A stretch of DNA of 64,000 nucleotides from Candidatus Aminicenantales bacterium (GCA_049515535.1 JBEKTZ010000005.1:62001-126000); one strand, 5' to 3'; positions 1 through 9,562 are shown, counted from the stretch's first letter. Notes: generated by a model from the letters alone, not told the origin. Program-made: numbers and translations.

Positions 1-50
1 CTTTTTTATCATAATTGGCGGGTGGTGTAAACGGGATCGCCACGCGGGTC

Positions 51-1970
51 TTACTTTTTCAAGGGCGGAGAAGGAGACGCCGGCGGGACCGGCCGTCCTT
101 GCGGAATTAAGCCCGGGCCGCCTCCGTTCTTGACGGCCCGATCGAGGGCCTGGGCCGCCAGGCCGGAACCGGTGGACGCCCGGAATTTTTGGATCCGGTT
201 GTTGACTCTCTCGCCGACATAAATATTATCAGCGCCGTCGATGACGATGCCGAAAGGCTCATTGAACTGGCCGTCGCCGGTCCCCTGCGCCCCCCAGGCC
301 CCGATAAACGCCCCCTTGGATGAGAACCTCTGGATCCTGTTATTGAGGGCGTCGGCGACGATTAAATAACCGCTCCGGTCAAAAGCGAGGCCGCAGGGCC
401 TATTGAGTTGGCCGTTGCCCGTCCCCGGGTTCCCCCATCTGGCGACGAACGCCCCCCCCGAGGTGAACTTCTGGACCACGTTGTTGATCGTATCGGAGAC
501 GAAAACATTTCCTGAAGCGTCGACGGCGATGCCGAACGGTTCGGTGAATTGTCCATTGCCGCTGCCCAGGCTTCCCCATTTGGCGACGAACGCCCCCCCC
601 GAGGTGAACTTCTGGACTCGTTCATTATTGACGTCGGAAACATAAATATTTCCCGAGCGATCGGCGGCGATGCCGTACGGCCTGTTGAACTGGCCGTCAC
701 CCGACCCCAGGGTTCCCCATTTGGCGACGAACGCGCCCCCCGAGGTGAACTTCTGGACCCGATGATTGTTCGAATCCACCGCGTAGACATTGCCGGACGC
801 GTCGACGGCGACGCCGGTGGGGTCATTGAATTGACCGTCGCCGTAGCCGAGGCTTCCCCAGGCTGCGACGAAGCCGCCGCCGGACGTGAATTTCTGGACG
901 CGATGGTTCAGCGTATCGGCGACATAGATATTGCCGGAAGAATCGACGGCTATGCTCCAAATGCCGTTGAACTGGCCGTCGCCGCTTCCATAGCTGCCCC
1001 ACTTCGCGACGAAATCGAGATGGTAAGTGGACGTCAGGGTCGCCGCGACCTCGGCCGTCATGCCCTTTTCGACGGTGACGGACCCTGACCACGAACCGTA
1101 GTTTTCGAGCTCCAGCCTCAGCCGGCGGTCGCCCGTGGCCACTCCGGTCAAGGTGCATGGCGTCAGATTTCCCGTGTCCGTTTCGTCCAGGTAAACTTTC
1201 GCTCCCGCGGGACTGGATATGATATGGATATTTCCGGTTTTCGTTTTCGTCAGGAACAAAACGGCGACGACGACCACGACGAGCCCGACGCCGGCCGCGA
1301 TCAGCCATGGAAATTTCTTTTTCTGAAGCTGTTCTTCGTTCGCGGCACCGCCCATGGCCGACGGCTTGTTCTCCTCCTCCTTCTCCTTAACCAAGCTTTT
1401 TTCCGGGGCCCGTTTTTCGTCCTTCGCCGGCGCCGGCTTAGCGATCTCTTCCCCGGCTTTTTCCTTCTTTTCCGGCGCGACCGACGTCACGGAAGCCGCT
1501 AAATATTCCACCATATTCTTTATAGAGAAACCGATCTCCTCAGGAGGACAGGCCGCCTCGACGATTCTCGGACTTTGGGCCGGCCCGCCGTCGACATCGA
1601 TCAAAACGAGCTGGATCTGCCAAGCGCCTTCGTTCCGTCCGATGGATCCGGCCACGATCTTCTTCGCCTCCAGCCGCTTGCCGATATTCACCGCGCTCGC
1701 CGCGTCGCCGCCTTTCTCCGGCGGAAAATGGACGTCCCGGAGAACGGCATCGACATCGGCCCGTTCAAGGACCTTGAACTTGCCCGTCCGGAAAAATTCT
1801 TCTTGGACGATTCGCGTGATCTGGGCGGCGTCCGCCTCGCTGATCTCTTCGAGATTTTGGAGCGGGAGAACCGCTAAAACGACCGGCGTCCGCTTTTCCT
1901 GGCCGCGGACGAAGCCGACATCCAGGAAGACGAGCAGGATCGCCAGTCCAAGGCTGACGACTTTTCTCAT
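51..1970 (-). CDS. Secreted/membrane protein: CsgG/TolB-N-like domain, Lys/Glu-rich linker, TM helix, PEGA domain, ~6 NHL repeats (beta-propeller)
   Basis: Signal peptide; 'LAVLPL..FKVLER..IGKRLEAKKIVAGSI' CsgG-like segment; 'SSPAGAKVYLD..TP' PEGA motif; repeated 'GQFNxPxGIAVDxSGNIYVxDxxNHRVQKF' NHL units. Confidence 0.85.
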   Translation of the reverse strand: MRKVVSLGLAILLVFLDVGFVRGQEKRTPVVLAVLPLQNLEEISEADAAQITRIVQEEFFRTGKFKVLERADVDAVLRDVHFPPEKGGDAASAVNIGKRLEAKKIVAGSIGRNEGAWQIQLVLIDVDGGPAQSPRIVEAACPPEEIGFSIKNMVEYLAASVTSVAPEKKEKAGEEIAKPAPAKDEKRAPEKSLVKEKEEENKPSAMGGAANEEQLQKKKFPWLIAAGVGLVVVVVAVLFLTKTKTGNIHIISSPAGAKVYLDETDTGNLTPCTLTGVATGDRRLRLELENYGSWSGSVTVEKGMTAEVAATLTSTYHLDFVAKWGSYGSGDGQFNGIWSIAVDSSGNIYVADTLNHRVQKFTSGGGFVAAWGSLGYGDGQFNDPTGVAVDASGNVYAVDSNNHRVQKFTSGGAFVAKWGTLGSGDGQFNRPYGIAADRSGNIYVSDVNNERVQKFTSGGAFVAKWGSLGSGNGQFTEPFGIAVDASGNVFVSDTINNVVQKFTSGGAFVARWGNPGTGNGQLNRPCGLAFDRSGYLIVADALNNRIQRFSSKGAFIGAWGAQGTGDGQFNEPFGIVIDGADNIYVGERVNNRIQKFRASTGSGLAAQALDRAVKNGGGPGLIPQGRPVPPASPSPPLKK

Positions 1971-1972
1971 GC

Positions 1973-3649
1973 CTATCCCAAAATCCCCGTGATCTCACCG
2001 TCGTCCGTGACGGCGATCTTCTCGGCGGCAGGCGTCATGGGCAGGCCGGGCATGGTCATGATTTCTCCGCACAGGGCGACGACGAAACCCGCCCCCGCGC
2101 ACAGAAACGCATCCGTCACGATCACGGTGAAGTCGCGCGGCCGGCCGAGAGCCTTGGCGTTATCGGAGAGCGAGTACTGAGTTTTAGCGATACAGACAGG
2201 GACCAGGCCGAAGCCGTCGGCCTCGAAGCGATGGAGCTTCCGCGCGGCCTTGGCTTCGATAGCCACGTGGCCGGCGCCGTAGATTTTCCTGGCGATCGTC
2301 TCGATTTTTTCGGCGAGCGGCATCTCGATCGGGTAGAGGAATTGGAAACGGCGTTCGTCTTTTTCGACGGCTTCGAGGACTTCCCTGCCGAGATCGGCGC
2401 CGCCTTCTCCGCCCCGGCCGAAGACGTCGCTCAGCGCGAACCGGACGTTCTCCTTGGCGCAGAGCCCCGCGAACGTTTTCATCTCGTTCTCCGTGTCCGC
2501 CGGGAATTTATTCAACGCCACGACCAAGGGCAGGCCGAAATGCCGGATGTTTTCGATATGTTTCTGAAGATTTTCGAATCCGCGGCCGACAGCCTCGATA
2601 TTCTCCGTGTTGAGCGCCTCGAGCTTGACTCCGCCATGGAATTTGAGCGACCGGAGCGTGGCCACGATGACGACGGCCGCCGGCTCGGGGACGCTGCCGG
2701 TCCGGACGACGATGTCGATAAATTTTTCCGCCCCGAGATCCGAGGCAAAGCCGCATTCCGTGACGACATAATCGGCCAGGCCAAGGGCCATGCGGGTAGC
2801 GATGACCGAGTTCGTTCCATGGGCGATGTTGGCGAACGGACCGCCGTGGATGAAGGCCGGCGAGCCTTCCATCGTCTGGACAAGGTTGGGCCGGAGAGCG
2901 TCCTTGAGCAGGGCGGCCATCGCGCCCTGAGCCTTGATCTGGGCCGCGGTCACCGGCTTCCCGTCGGATCCATATCCGACCTGGATGCGGCCGAGCCGAT
3001 CTTTCAGGTCGGCCAGGTCTCGGGCCAGGCAGAAGACCGCCATGACCTCCGAAGCGGCCGTAATGTCGAAGCCGGTTTCGAGAGCGATCCCGTTGAACGT
3101 TTCCCCGATACCGGTCACGATGTCCCGGAGGGACCGATCGTTTATGTCCAGAACGCGCTTCCAGGTGGTGTTTTTTGCGTCGAGAAGGCCGCAGACATTG
3201 TCGAAGTGGAGGCGATTGTCCACCATCGCAGCCAGGAGGTTGTGGGCCGACGTGATCGCGTGGATGTCGCCCGTGAAATGAAGGTTGATGTCCTCGCTGG
3301 GGACGACTTTGGCTTTCCCGCCGCCCGTCGCCCCGCCCTTCATGCCGAACACGGGCCCAAGGGACGGCTCCCGGAGGGCGACGACGGTTTTTTTGCCCAA
3401 TCGGTTCAAGGCATCGGTCAAACCGATGGCCGTCGTCGTCTTTCCCTCTCCGGCCGGGGTCGGGGTCATGGCCGTGATCAGGACGAGCTTTCCAGGCTCT
3501 TTTCCGCCTTCGAACGTCTGCCGGAGATTGATCTTGGCCTTATAATTGCCGTATTTCTCCACATATTCGGGCTTGATGCCCAATTTTTGGGCGATATCCT
3601 CGATCGGCCTCATATTCGACAATGGGAATTTCTCTCGTCCTGTCATCAT
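1973..3649 (-). CDS. fhs: Formate--tetrahydrofolate ligase
   Basis: TPAGEGKTTT, LREPSLGPVFGMKGGATGGG, HGGPFANIAHG, IMTMPGLP motifs; GGAGG SD before the MMT start (3658 is an alternative start). Confidence 0.97.
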   Translation of the reverse strand: MMTGREKFPLSNMRPIEDIAQKLGIKPEYVEKYGNYKAKINLRQTFEGGKEPGKLVLITAMTPTPAGEGKTTTAIGLTDALNRLGKKTVVALREPSLGPVFGMKGGATGGGKAKVVPSEDINLHFTGDIHAITSAHNLLAAMVDNRLHFDNVCGLLDAKNTTWKRVLDINDRSLRDIVTGIGETFNGIALETGFDITAASEVMAVFCLARDLADLKDRLGRIQVGYGSDGKPVTAAQIKAQGAMAALLKDALRPNLVQTMEGSPAFIHGGPFANIAHGTNSVIATRMALGLADYVVTECGFASDLGAEKFIDIVVRTGSVPEPAAVVIVATLRSLKFHGGVKLEALNTENIEAVGRGFENLQKHIENIRHFGLPLVVALNKFPADTENEMKTFAGLCAKENVRFALSDVFGRGGEGGADLGREVLEAVEKDERRFQFLYPIEMPLAEKIETIARKIYGAGHVAIEAKAARKLHRFEADGFGLVPVCIAKTQYSLSDNAKALGRPRDFTVIVTDAFLCAGAGFVVALCGEIMTMPGLPMTPAAEKIAVTDDGEITGILG

Positions 3650-3660
3650 GTCCTCCATGG

Positions 3661-3967
3661 GTCAAGGGACGAGCCTTCGGCTCGCCACTCGCCCGTGGCT
3701 TATATCCACGGGCGAGTACTGCGGAAGCGGACCCCCGGGCAGAGCCCGGGGCCCCGGCCGCCGTCGATTTCATTCATGATATCAGGTCTTCGTCAAAATT
3801 CTCAACACTATTTTGGATGATCGGTCTCTCTCGGATTCCCAAGAAGTGACCCGGATCGCGTCAAGGGACGAGCCTTCAGCTCGCCACTCGCCCGTGGCTT
3901 ATATCCACGGGCGAGTACTGCGGAAGCGGACCCCCGGGCAAAGCCCGGGGCCCCAGCCGCTGTCGAT
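3661..3967. repeat. Two direct copies (3661-3768, 3860-3967) of a 108-nt element containing three hairpins
   Basis: The copies differ at 4 positions by eye; they contain ACTCGCCCGTGG-N7-CCACGGGCGAGT, CCCCGGGC-N3-GCCCGGGG and CGAGCC-TTC-GGCTCG. Confidence 0.95.
3776..3805 (-). promoter_or_regulatory. Putative sigma70 promoter for fhs, lying between the two repeat copies
   Basis: Minus strand TTGAGA-N18-TATCAT with a TGn extended -10. Confidence 0.4.
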
Positions 3968-4050
3968 CGGGGAGCCCCAATAAATGGGCGAGCCTTCGGT
4001 CACGACGGTGAGGACGACGGGCCGGAGCGACGACAGGACCCTCGACACGA

Positions 4051-4791
4051 TTATTTATTCAAACTGAGAAACGCCAGGTCGTAGTCCTCGATCAGACCGC
4101 GGTCGGCGAAGCTGAAATAGCAGTTGTTGCCGATGACGATATGGTCGAGCACCTTGAGCTGGATGACCTTGGCCGCGAAAACGAGCTCCCTGGTGATCTC
4201 CCGGTCGCAGAGCGACGGCTCGGGATCGCCCGAGGGATGATTATGGGCGAAGATGAGCGCTGTGGCGTTATAGCGAAGAGCGTCTTTCATGATCTCCCGG
4301 GGGTAGACGGCCGACGAATCCACCGTGCCTTCAAAAAGCGTCTTTTCTTCGATGATTTGGTTTTTCGGGTCGAGAAACAGCACCTTGAAGTTCTCTTTCT
4401 TCAAATCGCGGAGCGCGTGATACAGATAATCGAAAACCTCCCGGGACGAACGGCCGTACGGCCGGCTCAACATCTTGTCCTTGAGAAAACGGCGGGAGAC
4501 TTCCTGGACGAGCCGGATCCCGAAAACATTGTGGGAACCGATGCCGTCGATTTTTCGGAGATCATGGACGTCCGCCTCGAGAACGCCGCGCAGGGATTTG
4601 AATTCTTTGAGCGCCTGGCGCGCCTGCTCCTTGCAGTCCTTCCTCGGGGTGCCGAGAGTCAGGAGAAGCTCGATGATCTCATAATCGAGGAAAGCGTTGA
4701 GCCCGCCGCGAAGGAATTTCTCGCGGAGCCTCCGGCGGTGGCCTTCGCTTGCGTCAGGAGAGAAATCATCTTTTCCGGTATCATTTTCCAT
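4051..4791 (-). CDS. radC: RadC family JAB/MPN domain protein
   Basis: EGHRRRLREKF N-terminus, HhH motif, AHNHPSGDPEPSxxD and LDHIVIG; start taken at MENDT, the longer ORF extension overlaps the upstream gene. Confidence 0.93.
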   Translation of the reverse strand: MENDTGKDDFSPDASEGHRRRLREKFLRGGLNAFLDYEIIELLLTLGTPRKDCKEQARQALKEFKSLRGVLEADVHDLRKIDGIGSHNVFGIRLVQEVSRRFLKDKMLSRPYGRSSREVFDYLYHALRDLKKENFKVLFLDPKNQIIEEKTLFEGTVDSSAVYPREIMKDALRYNATALIFAHNHPSGDPEPSLCDREITRELVFAAKVIQLKVLDHIVIGNNCYFSFADRGLIEDYDLAFLSLNK

Positions 4792-4859
4792 CGGACCGTT
4801 CCTCGCGGGCCTATAGGAAAGACGCTCGTTTTGAGAAATATTGGCAGGGAAGGAGAGAT

Positions 4860-5879
4860 TTATTTTTCTTCGAGGACGCTTCGGACGGCGATGACCTTTT
4901 CCGATGGGATATCGTAGGGCAGGATGCCTGTTCCAAGGATGAACCCCGGATGCCGACGGCCGACGGCCAAGACATCGCGGACCTTGATTCTTATCTCTTC
5001 CGGGGAGGCGGTGAGCAGAAAGCGGGGATCCAGGTTCGCCCGTAGAAGAACGGAGCGGCCCCTGAGGCGGTCGACGAAAACTCCCAAATCGGCCCGGAAA
5101 TCGCAAAGGATGTTGTTCGCGCCGGTTTCCAGCATCGCGTCCAGGAGGGCGGCCGTGTCGCCGCCCATAATGTAGGGAACGAGGGGAACGCCGAGATCCC
5201 GGCGAAAGTAACGAACGGCGGCGGCCGTCGGAGGAAGAATGATCCGCCGATAGAGCGCGGGCGAAACCAGCGGCGGTGAGGCATGGGAATCGAAGAGGAT
5301 TACGCCGAGGCCGCGCTCGACAAACGCCCGGCCGAACGTTTTGCAGATTTCCGTCGCGTAGCCGAGGAGGCCGGTCACCCATTCGGGATCGTCCATCAGC
5401 GCCATCAAGATCCGTTCGGCGCCGGCGAGTTCGCAGGCGATCGAAAACGGGGCGCTGAGGGCTCCCCGGATCACGATGTCCCGGCCGAGGCTTTTCTGGA
5501 TTCGCCGCCCGGCCTCGAGACAGACGGGCATGCGGCCGTCTCTCTCGGGATCGGGGAGGCGCAGCCTCGAAACGCCATCTCCGATCTTGACCGCTCGTTC
5601 GGCGATCGAAGGGACGTCGTTCGTATCGTAAAATCTGACCCTGCAGCCGGCGGCCTCGGCCTCGACGTTATAGACATCGCAGCCGACGACGAGCATGTCC
5701 GGCCGGTAGATCTCGACCTCGCGGATGAGCGCCCGCTCGAAGAGCGCGGCATCGCGGCTCAGGCGGGACGGCGTCGCCCCGATGAGCGCGGCCTTGTGCT
5801 CGTAGACGGCCGGGCAGAAGGGCACGCGGTCGGCGGGCCGGCCGGCCAGGAGATTTTCGATTCTTTGGCGCGGCGTCAT
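4860..5879 (-). CDS. Uroporphyrinogen decarboxylase / MtaA-CmuA methylcobamide methyltransferase family protein
   Basis: MTPRQRI..ADRVPFCP, VEAEAAGC, ANLDP, FILGTG motifs typical of the URO-D superfamily. Confidence 0.85.
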   Translation of the reverse strand: MTPRQRIENLLAGRPADRVPFCPAVYEHKAALIGATPSRLSRDAALFERALIREVEIYRPDMLVVGCDVYNVEAEAAGCRVRFYDTNDVPSIAERAVKIGDGVSRLRLPDPERDGRMPVCLEAGRRIQKSLGRDIVIRGALSAPFSIACELAGAERILMALMDDPEWVTGLLGYATEICKTFGRAFVERGLGVILFDSHASPPLVSPALYRRIILPPTAAAVRYFRRDLGVPLVPYIMGGDTAALLDAMLETGANNILCDFRADLGVFVDRLRGRSVLLRANLDPRFLLTASPEEIRIKVRDVLAVGRRHPGFILGTGILPYDIPSEKVIAVRSVLEEK

Positions 5880-6073
5880 GGCGCCGTCATTATATTCAAA
5901 TCCGGCGGCGCCGGCAAAAATCCGGGGCCGCCCTTTTTATCGTTCATCGGAAGAATCGGCGCCTTTGTTTCGAATCCGCCCCCCGCTTGCGCCCTCCAAG
6001 AAAAGGAAAATGCAAGTTTGACCGGACCGCCTTCCCTGTGATAAAAATCACGGAGAGAAGCTCGGAGGTCCAA

Positions 6074-6895
6074 ATGAGCGGAAATATCCCGACCCTGTTC
6101 GTGACCGGAAAAACCCTGCCGGAAGCCTGGGAAAAAGCGGTCCTTGAATGCTGGCGCAAGGGCGTGCCGATCAAGACCGAATACGACAAGCCCGGCGATC
6201 CGCCTTCGCGGGACTGCACGATCCTGTGGGCTGTGGAAGACCCCTTTGCCGAGCCGCGCATCCACCGCGCGTTTCCCGGCGGGCTCGAGGACCTGGAGAT
6301 CTACCGCCAGGAGGTCGTGGAGGGCGTTCACGATCATTGGATCGCTCCCGCGGAAGGCAAATGGACGTATACCTATCACAAACGGCTTTTTTCCTACGAG
6401 ATCGAAGGAGAGGCGATCGACCAGGTGAATGATATCATTGACAAGCTCGCCCGGGCCGGACATTCACGACGAGCCCAGGCCATCACCTGGAACCCCAAGC
6501 TCGACATTCCGACCTACGATCCGCCCTGTCTCCAGAGAATCTGGTGCCGTATGCTCGAGGACGAAAACCACGGATCCGTCCTCAATATGAACGCGCATTG
6601 GCGGTCGCGCGACGCCTATAAGGCCGCCTATATGAACGTGTTCGCTTTGACGGACCTTCAGCGCCGCATCGCCGAGAGGATCGGCTCCAAGATCGGAAGG
6701 CCCGTCCGGGTCGGCCGCTACGCGGACTTGGTGGACAGCTTCCATATTTACGGATCGTATTTCAACGAGTTCGAGGGCTTTCTGAAGATGGTCGAGAAGC
6801 GGTCGTTCGAGGAGCGGACATGGGACAGCGCCTATGCCGAGCCGATGTTCGCCGAGGCCCGGGAAAAACTCAAAAAAGAAAAGACGGGGATGTGA
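6074..6895 (+). CDS. thyA: Thymidylate synthase-like protein (compact, archaeal-like ThyA fold)
   Basis: SRRA, PPCLQ (catalytic Cys), WRSRD, conserved Asn in AYMN, SFHIY; GGAGGT SD at 6064-6069. Confidence 0.8.
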   Translation: MSGNIPTLFVTGKTLPEAWEKAVLECWRKGVPIKTEYDKPGDPPSRDCTILWAVEDPFAEPRIHRAFPGGLEDLEIYRQEVVEGVHDHWIAPAEGKWTYTYHKRLFSYEIEGEAIDQVNDIIDKLARAGHSRRAQAITWNPKLDIPTYDPPCLQRIWCRMLEDENHGSVLNMNAHWRSRDAYKAAYMNVFALTDLQRRIAERIGSKIGRPVRVGRYADLVDSFHIYGSYFNEFEGFLKMVEKRSFEERTWDSAYAEPMFAEAREKLKKEKTGM

Positions 6896-7530
6896 CGAAT
6901 TCCCAATCGATTTTATGGATATTCGCCCTCGGTTCGGCCGTTTCGACCATTGTCGCGGATCAGAGGGGGCGCTTTCGGCTGGTTTATATTTTCAAACCCC
7001 TGACGATACTCCTCATCGCGTTCATCGCGGGGCTGTCCGCGTCCGATTCCGCCCCTCCTTATAAACTCCTTATTCTGGCGGGGTTGGGGTTTTCTCTCAT
7101 CGGAGACGTCTTCCTCATGCTCCGGAACAAGCGGTTTGTCGAGGGTCTGACTTGCTTTCTCGCCGCGCATCTTTTTTATATCGCGGCCTTCAGGGCCGGC
7201 CTCGCCTTGGCCTGGAATTCTCTCGCCCTTTTTTCCTTTATCGTTTACGCGATGATCATGATTCGGTTCTTGTTTCCCCGTCTCGGCCGGCTGAAATTCC
7301 CCGTGATCGCTTACATGTTCGTCCTGACGGCCATGGCGGGGCTCGCCGCCGAACGATTCATCCAGATCGGAAACGCCCGGGCGCTTTGCGCTTTCGTCGG
7401 CGGCGCGCTGTTCGTCGTCTCGGATTCCGCGTTGGCGATCAACCGCTTCCTGAAAGAATTCAAGCTCGCTCAGCCGCTCATCCTGGGCACCTATTTTGCG
7501 GCCCAGGCCCTCATCGCTTTGTCGGTTTGA
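6892..7530 (+). CDS. YhhN family lysoplasmalogenase-like membrane protein
   Basis: FKP, SLIGDVFL, FLAAHLFY, FVVSDSALA..F, TYFAAQ motifs; GTG start overlaps the thyA stop (GTGA). Confidence 0.9.
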   Translation: MTNSQSILWIFALGSAVSTIVADQRGRFRLVYIFKPLTILLIAFIAGLSASDSAPPYKLLILAGLGFSLIGDVFLMLRNKRFVEGLTCFLAAHLFYIAAFRAGLALAWNSLALFSFIVYAMIMIRFLFPRLGRLKFPVIAYMFVLTAMAGLAAERFIQIGNARALCAFVGGALFVVSDSALAINRFLKEFKLAQPLILGTYFAAQALIALSV

Positions 7531-7547
7531 CATTCGGGGATAAAAAA

Positions 7548-9500
7548 TTACGTCGTTCGTCCCCGTATTTTCAGCCCGGCCGCAACGAGATCCAAGAGCT
7601 TCGGCGCGTCTTTGCCCTCCGCGACAAGGATCCAGGCCTCGGGCTTATCGATAATGACCATGGCCGCCTTGGCCTGCCCGGCCGCGGAAAACATCGGTAG
7701 GCCGTTCCATTTCGAGATCTCCGTCATCGCCGCGATTTTCAGCTTCCCAATGATCTCGCCGGCCGTCCGATCGAACTCTTTCCATGGCGAAAGATAAAAC
7801 TGCTGGATTTCGATTTTGGCCCCATCGGGCCCTTCGAGGGCGACCAGCGCCGGATCCGGCCAGACGGCGTCCAGTTTGGTGAACTTGAAGTCCGCCGGCT
7901 TTTTCAGGGTCAAGCCAAGCCAGGGATTTTCATAAGTATCTCCCGTGACCCGATAGGAAACGGCGTCCTCGGGGACGACGACCCTTTTGCCGCCGTCGCC
8001 CGCGTATTCGAGGATTTTGATGTCGACCTGGCCGAAGAGCTGCTGCCCGGCGCCGCCGCTGAGCGAGCCCGCCCCTCCATAAAGCGATACGGCGTTGAAA
8101 TAAAGCCGGGCCGCGTCGGCCTCGTCGGGGGCGACGATCGCCGCGTCGATGGGGATCCAGGCGTCGCCGATCAAAATCTCGGTCCAGGCGTGCCCGCCGA
8201 ACATGCCGAGGGCATAGACATAGCCCATGACCACCCGCGATGGGATCCCCGCCGCCCGGACCATCGTGGCCAAAAGCGTGGCGTACCCCAGACAGGTCCC
8301 ACGCCGGTTCTGGAAGATCTCCGAAGAAGGCGCCAGGGCGATCCCCAGGTCGAACGTCATGTTCTCCGAAACCCAGCGCTCGAGCTTCAACGCCGCCTTG
8401 AACGCGTCTTTTTCGTCGCCGATGACATTATGGGCAAGGGCCTGGATCCGCGGCTCGTCCGACTGGATATAAGCATTGGCCGATAAAAACTCGCGATTCT
8501 TTTCGTTTATCGGCACCGGAAAAGCCGCCGGTTTCGGCAAGGGAGGCCGGTTGATCTCCAGGACAAGAGTCTCCCGGTCCTTGGCCAACACGGTCTGATA
8601 GGGACTTTTGATCTCGGGCCAGCCGAGCTCGGGATTTTTGTGGGTCAACCGAACCTTGAGATATTCCAGGGTCCGGGCTTTGGGCGGCCGGATGTTGGAA
8701 CGGATGATCGAGCGCTCGAACAGCTCGGCCGAAAGCTCGGTCCCCGCCGCGGCCTGCAGCGCCCCGGCTTTGTCCGCGAGAACGAAGACGCCGAGTCCGA
8801 AAGGAGTGGGCATTTCTTGTTTGACGACCTCGCAATCGGCGTTCAGCCAGGCCGTGCTTTTGACCGCGGCCGCTTCGACGAGCTCTTCGACCTTGAGCGT
8901 GGGGATGTCCTTTCCATCCAGCCGAAGCGTCTCCGCCGCGAGGACTTTCCGGCTGCCCATGCTCACGGCTTCGAGCTCCGGCATGAAACTCAAAAACTTC
9001 ACCGTATCGCCCGGCTTTTTGAGGTTTTGCCGCGAAACAAGCCGGATCCCCTCCTGACCGAGAAGCGCTCCGGAGTAGGAAATGGTCCGCGTGTAGACCT
9101 GGCCGCCGGACTCACTGCGAAATTCGATGGTTTTGTCCTTGACGACGGCCTCCGTTTTCGTAGCCATGAGTGACGCGTGCATTTCATAGCTGATCTTTTT
9201 CAGAAGACCGGTGGCCGTCTCCTCATAACCCGTGACGAACCGCATCTCGACTTTGCTTCCCAGACGATTGAGGACCATTTTCATGTCCGACGAGGTGAGG
9301 AGAATCTCACCGCCCGGCGCGCTTTTGGCCGAAGAGACATCGTGGATATACCCGACGGGCTGATCGGCGATCATGATGAGGTACCATTTCTCGGAGGGCG
9401 GGAGCGACGCGGAATTCAAGGAGGACAAGGCGAAGGACGCGAATAAAATGGACAATAAAAGAGAATAAAGCGGAATTTTTTTGTTTATCGTGAGCATCAT
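7548..9500 (-). CDS. Secreted transglutaminase-like (Cys-His-Asp) domain protein
   Basis: Signal peptide; GTCLGYA..RAAGIPSR..GHAWTE..WIPID. Confidence 0.88.
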   Translation of the reverse strand: MMLTINKKIPLYSLLLSILFASFALSSLNSASLPPSEKWYLIMIADQPVGYIHDVSSAKSAPGGEILLTSSDMKMVLNRLGSKVEMRFVTGYEETATGLLKKISYEMHASLMATKTEAVVKDKTIEFRSESGGQVYTRTISYSGALLGQEGIRLVSRQNLKKPGDTVKFLSFMPELEAVSMGSRKVLAAETLRLDGKDIPTLKVEELVEAAAVKSTAWLNADCEVVKQEMPTPFGLGVFVLADKAGALQAAAGTELSAELFERSIIRSNIRPPKARTLEYLKVRLTHKNPELGWPEIKSPYQTVLAKDRETLVLEINRPPLPKPAAFPVPINEKNREFLSANAYIQSDEPRIQALAHNVIGDEKDAFKAALKLERWVSENMTFDLGIALAPSSEIFQNRRGTCLGYATLLATMVRAAGIPSRVVMGYVYALGMFGGHAWTEILIGDAWIPIDAAIVAPDEADAARLYFNAVSLYGGAGSLSGGAGQQLFGQVDIKILEYAGDGGKRVVVPEDAVSYRVTGDTYENPWLGLTLKKPADFKFTKLDAVWPDPALVALEGPDGAKIEIQQFYLSPWKEFDRTAGEIIGKLKIAAMTEISKWNGLPMFSAAGQAKAAMVIIDKPEAWILVAEGKDAPKLLDLVAAGLKIRGRTT

Positions 9501-9562
9501 CGGCGCTCCAAAACGTCCAACGATAGAAAATAGGGGACGTCCGGTGGCGCCCCCCTCCGATC

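Noticed and set aside
2231..3820. Long antisense ORFs (also 9638-11518, 41532-43115, 55514-57193 and others)
   Set aside because: Shadow ORFs opposite well-supported genes in GC-rich DNA, with no recognisable motifs
3661..3967. Repeat as a CRISPR array or a known ZTP/THF riboswitch
   Set aside because: Only two 108-nt units and no cas genes; the known aptamer consensus motifs were not recognisable by eye
4051..4791. radC as a marker of a mobile or anti-restriction element
   Set aside because: Full-length chromosomal type with an HhH region; no integrase or other mobile genes nearby
4792..5382. N-terminal extensions in the ORF track (radC; also czcA 36571-36792, carD 29547-29681, mocA, parA)
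   Set aside because: They overlap neighbouring genes or promoters; family homology and SD sites point to the downstream starts
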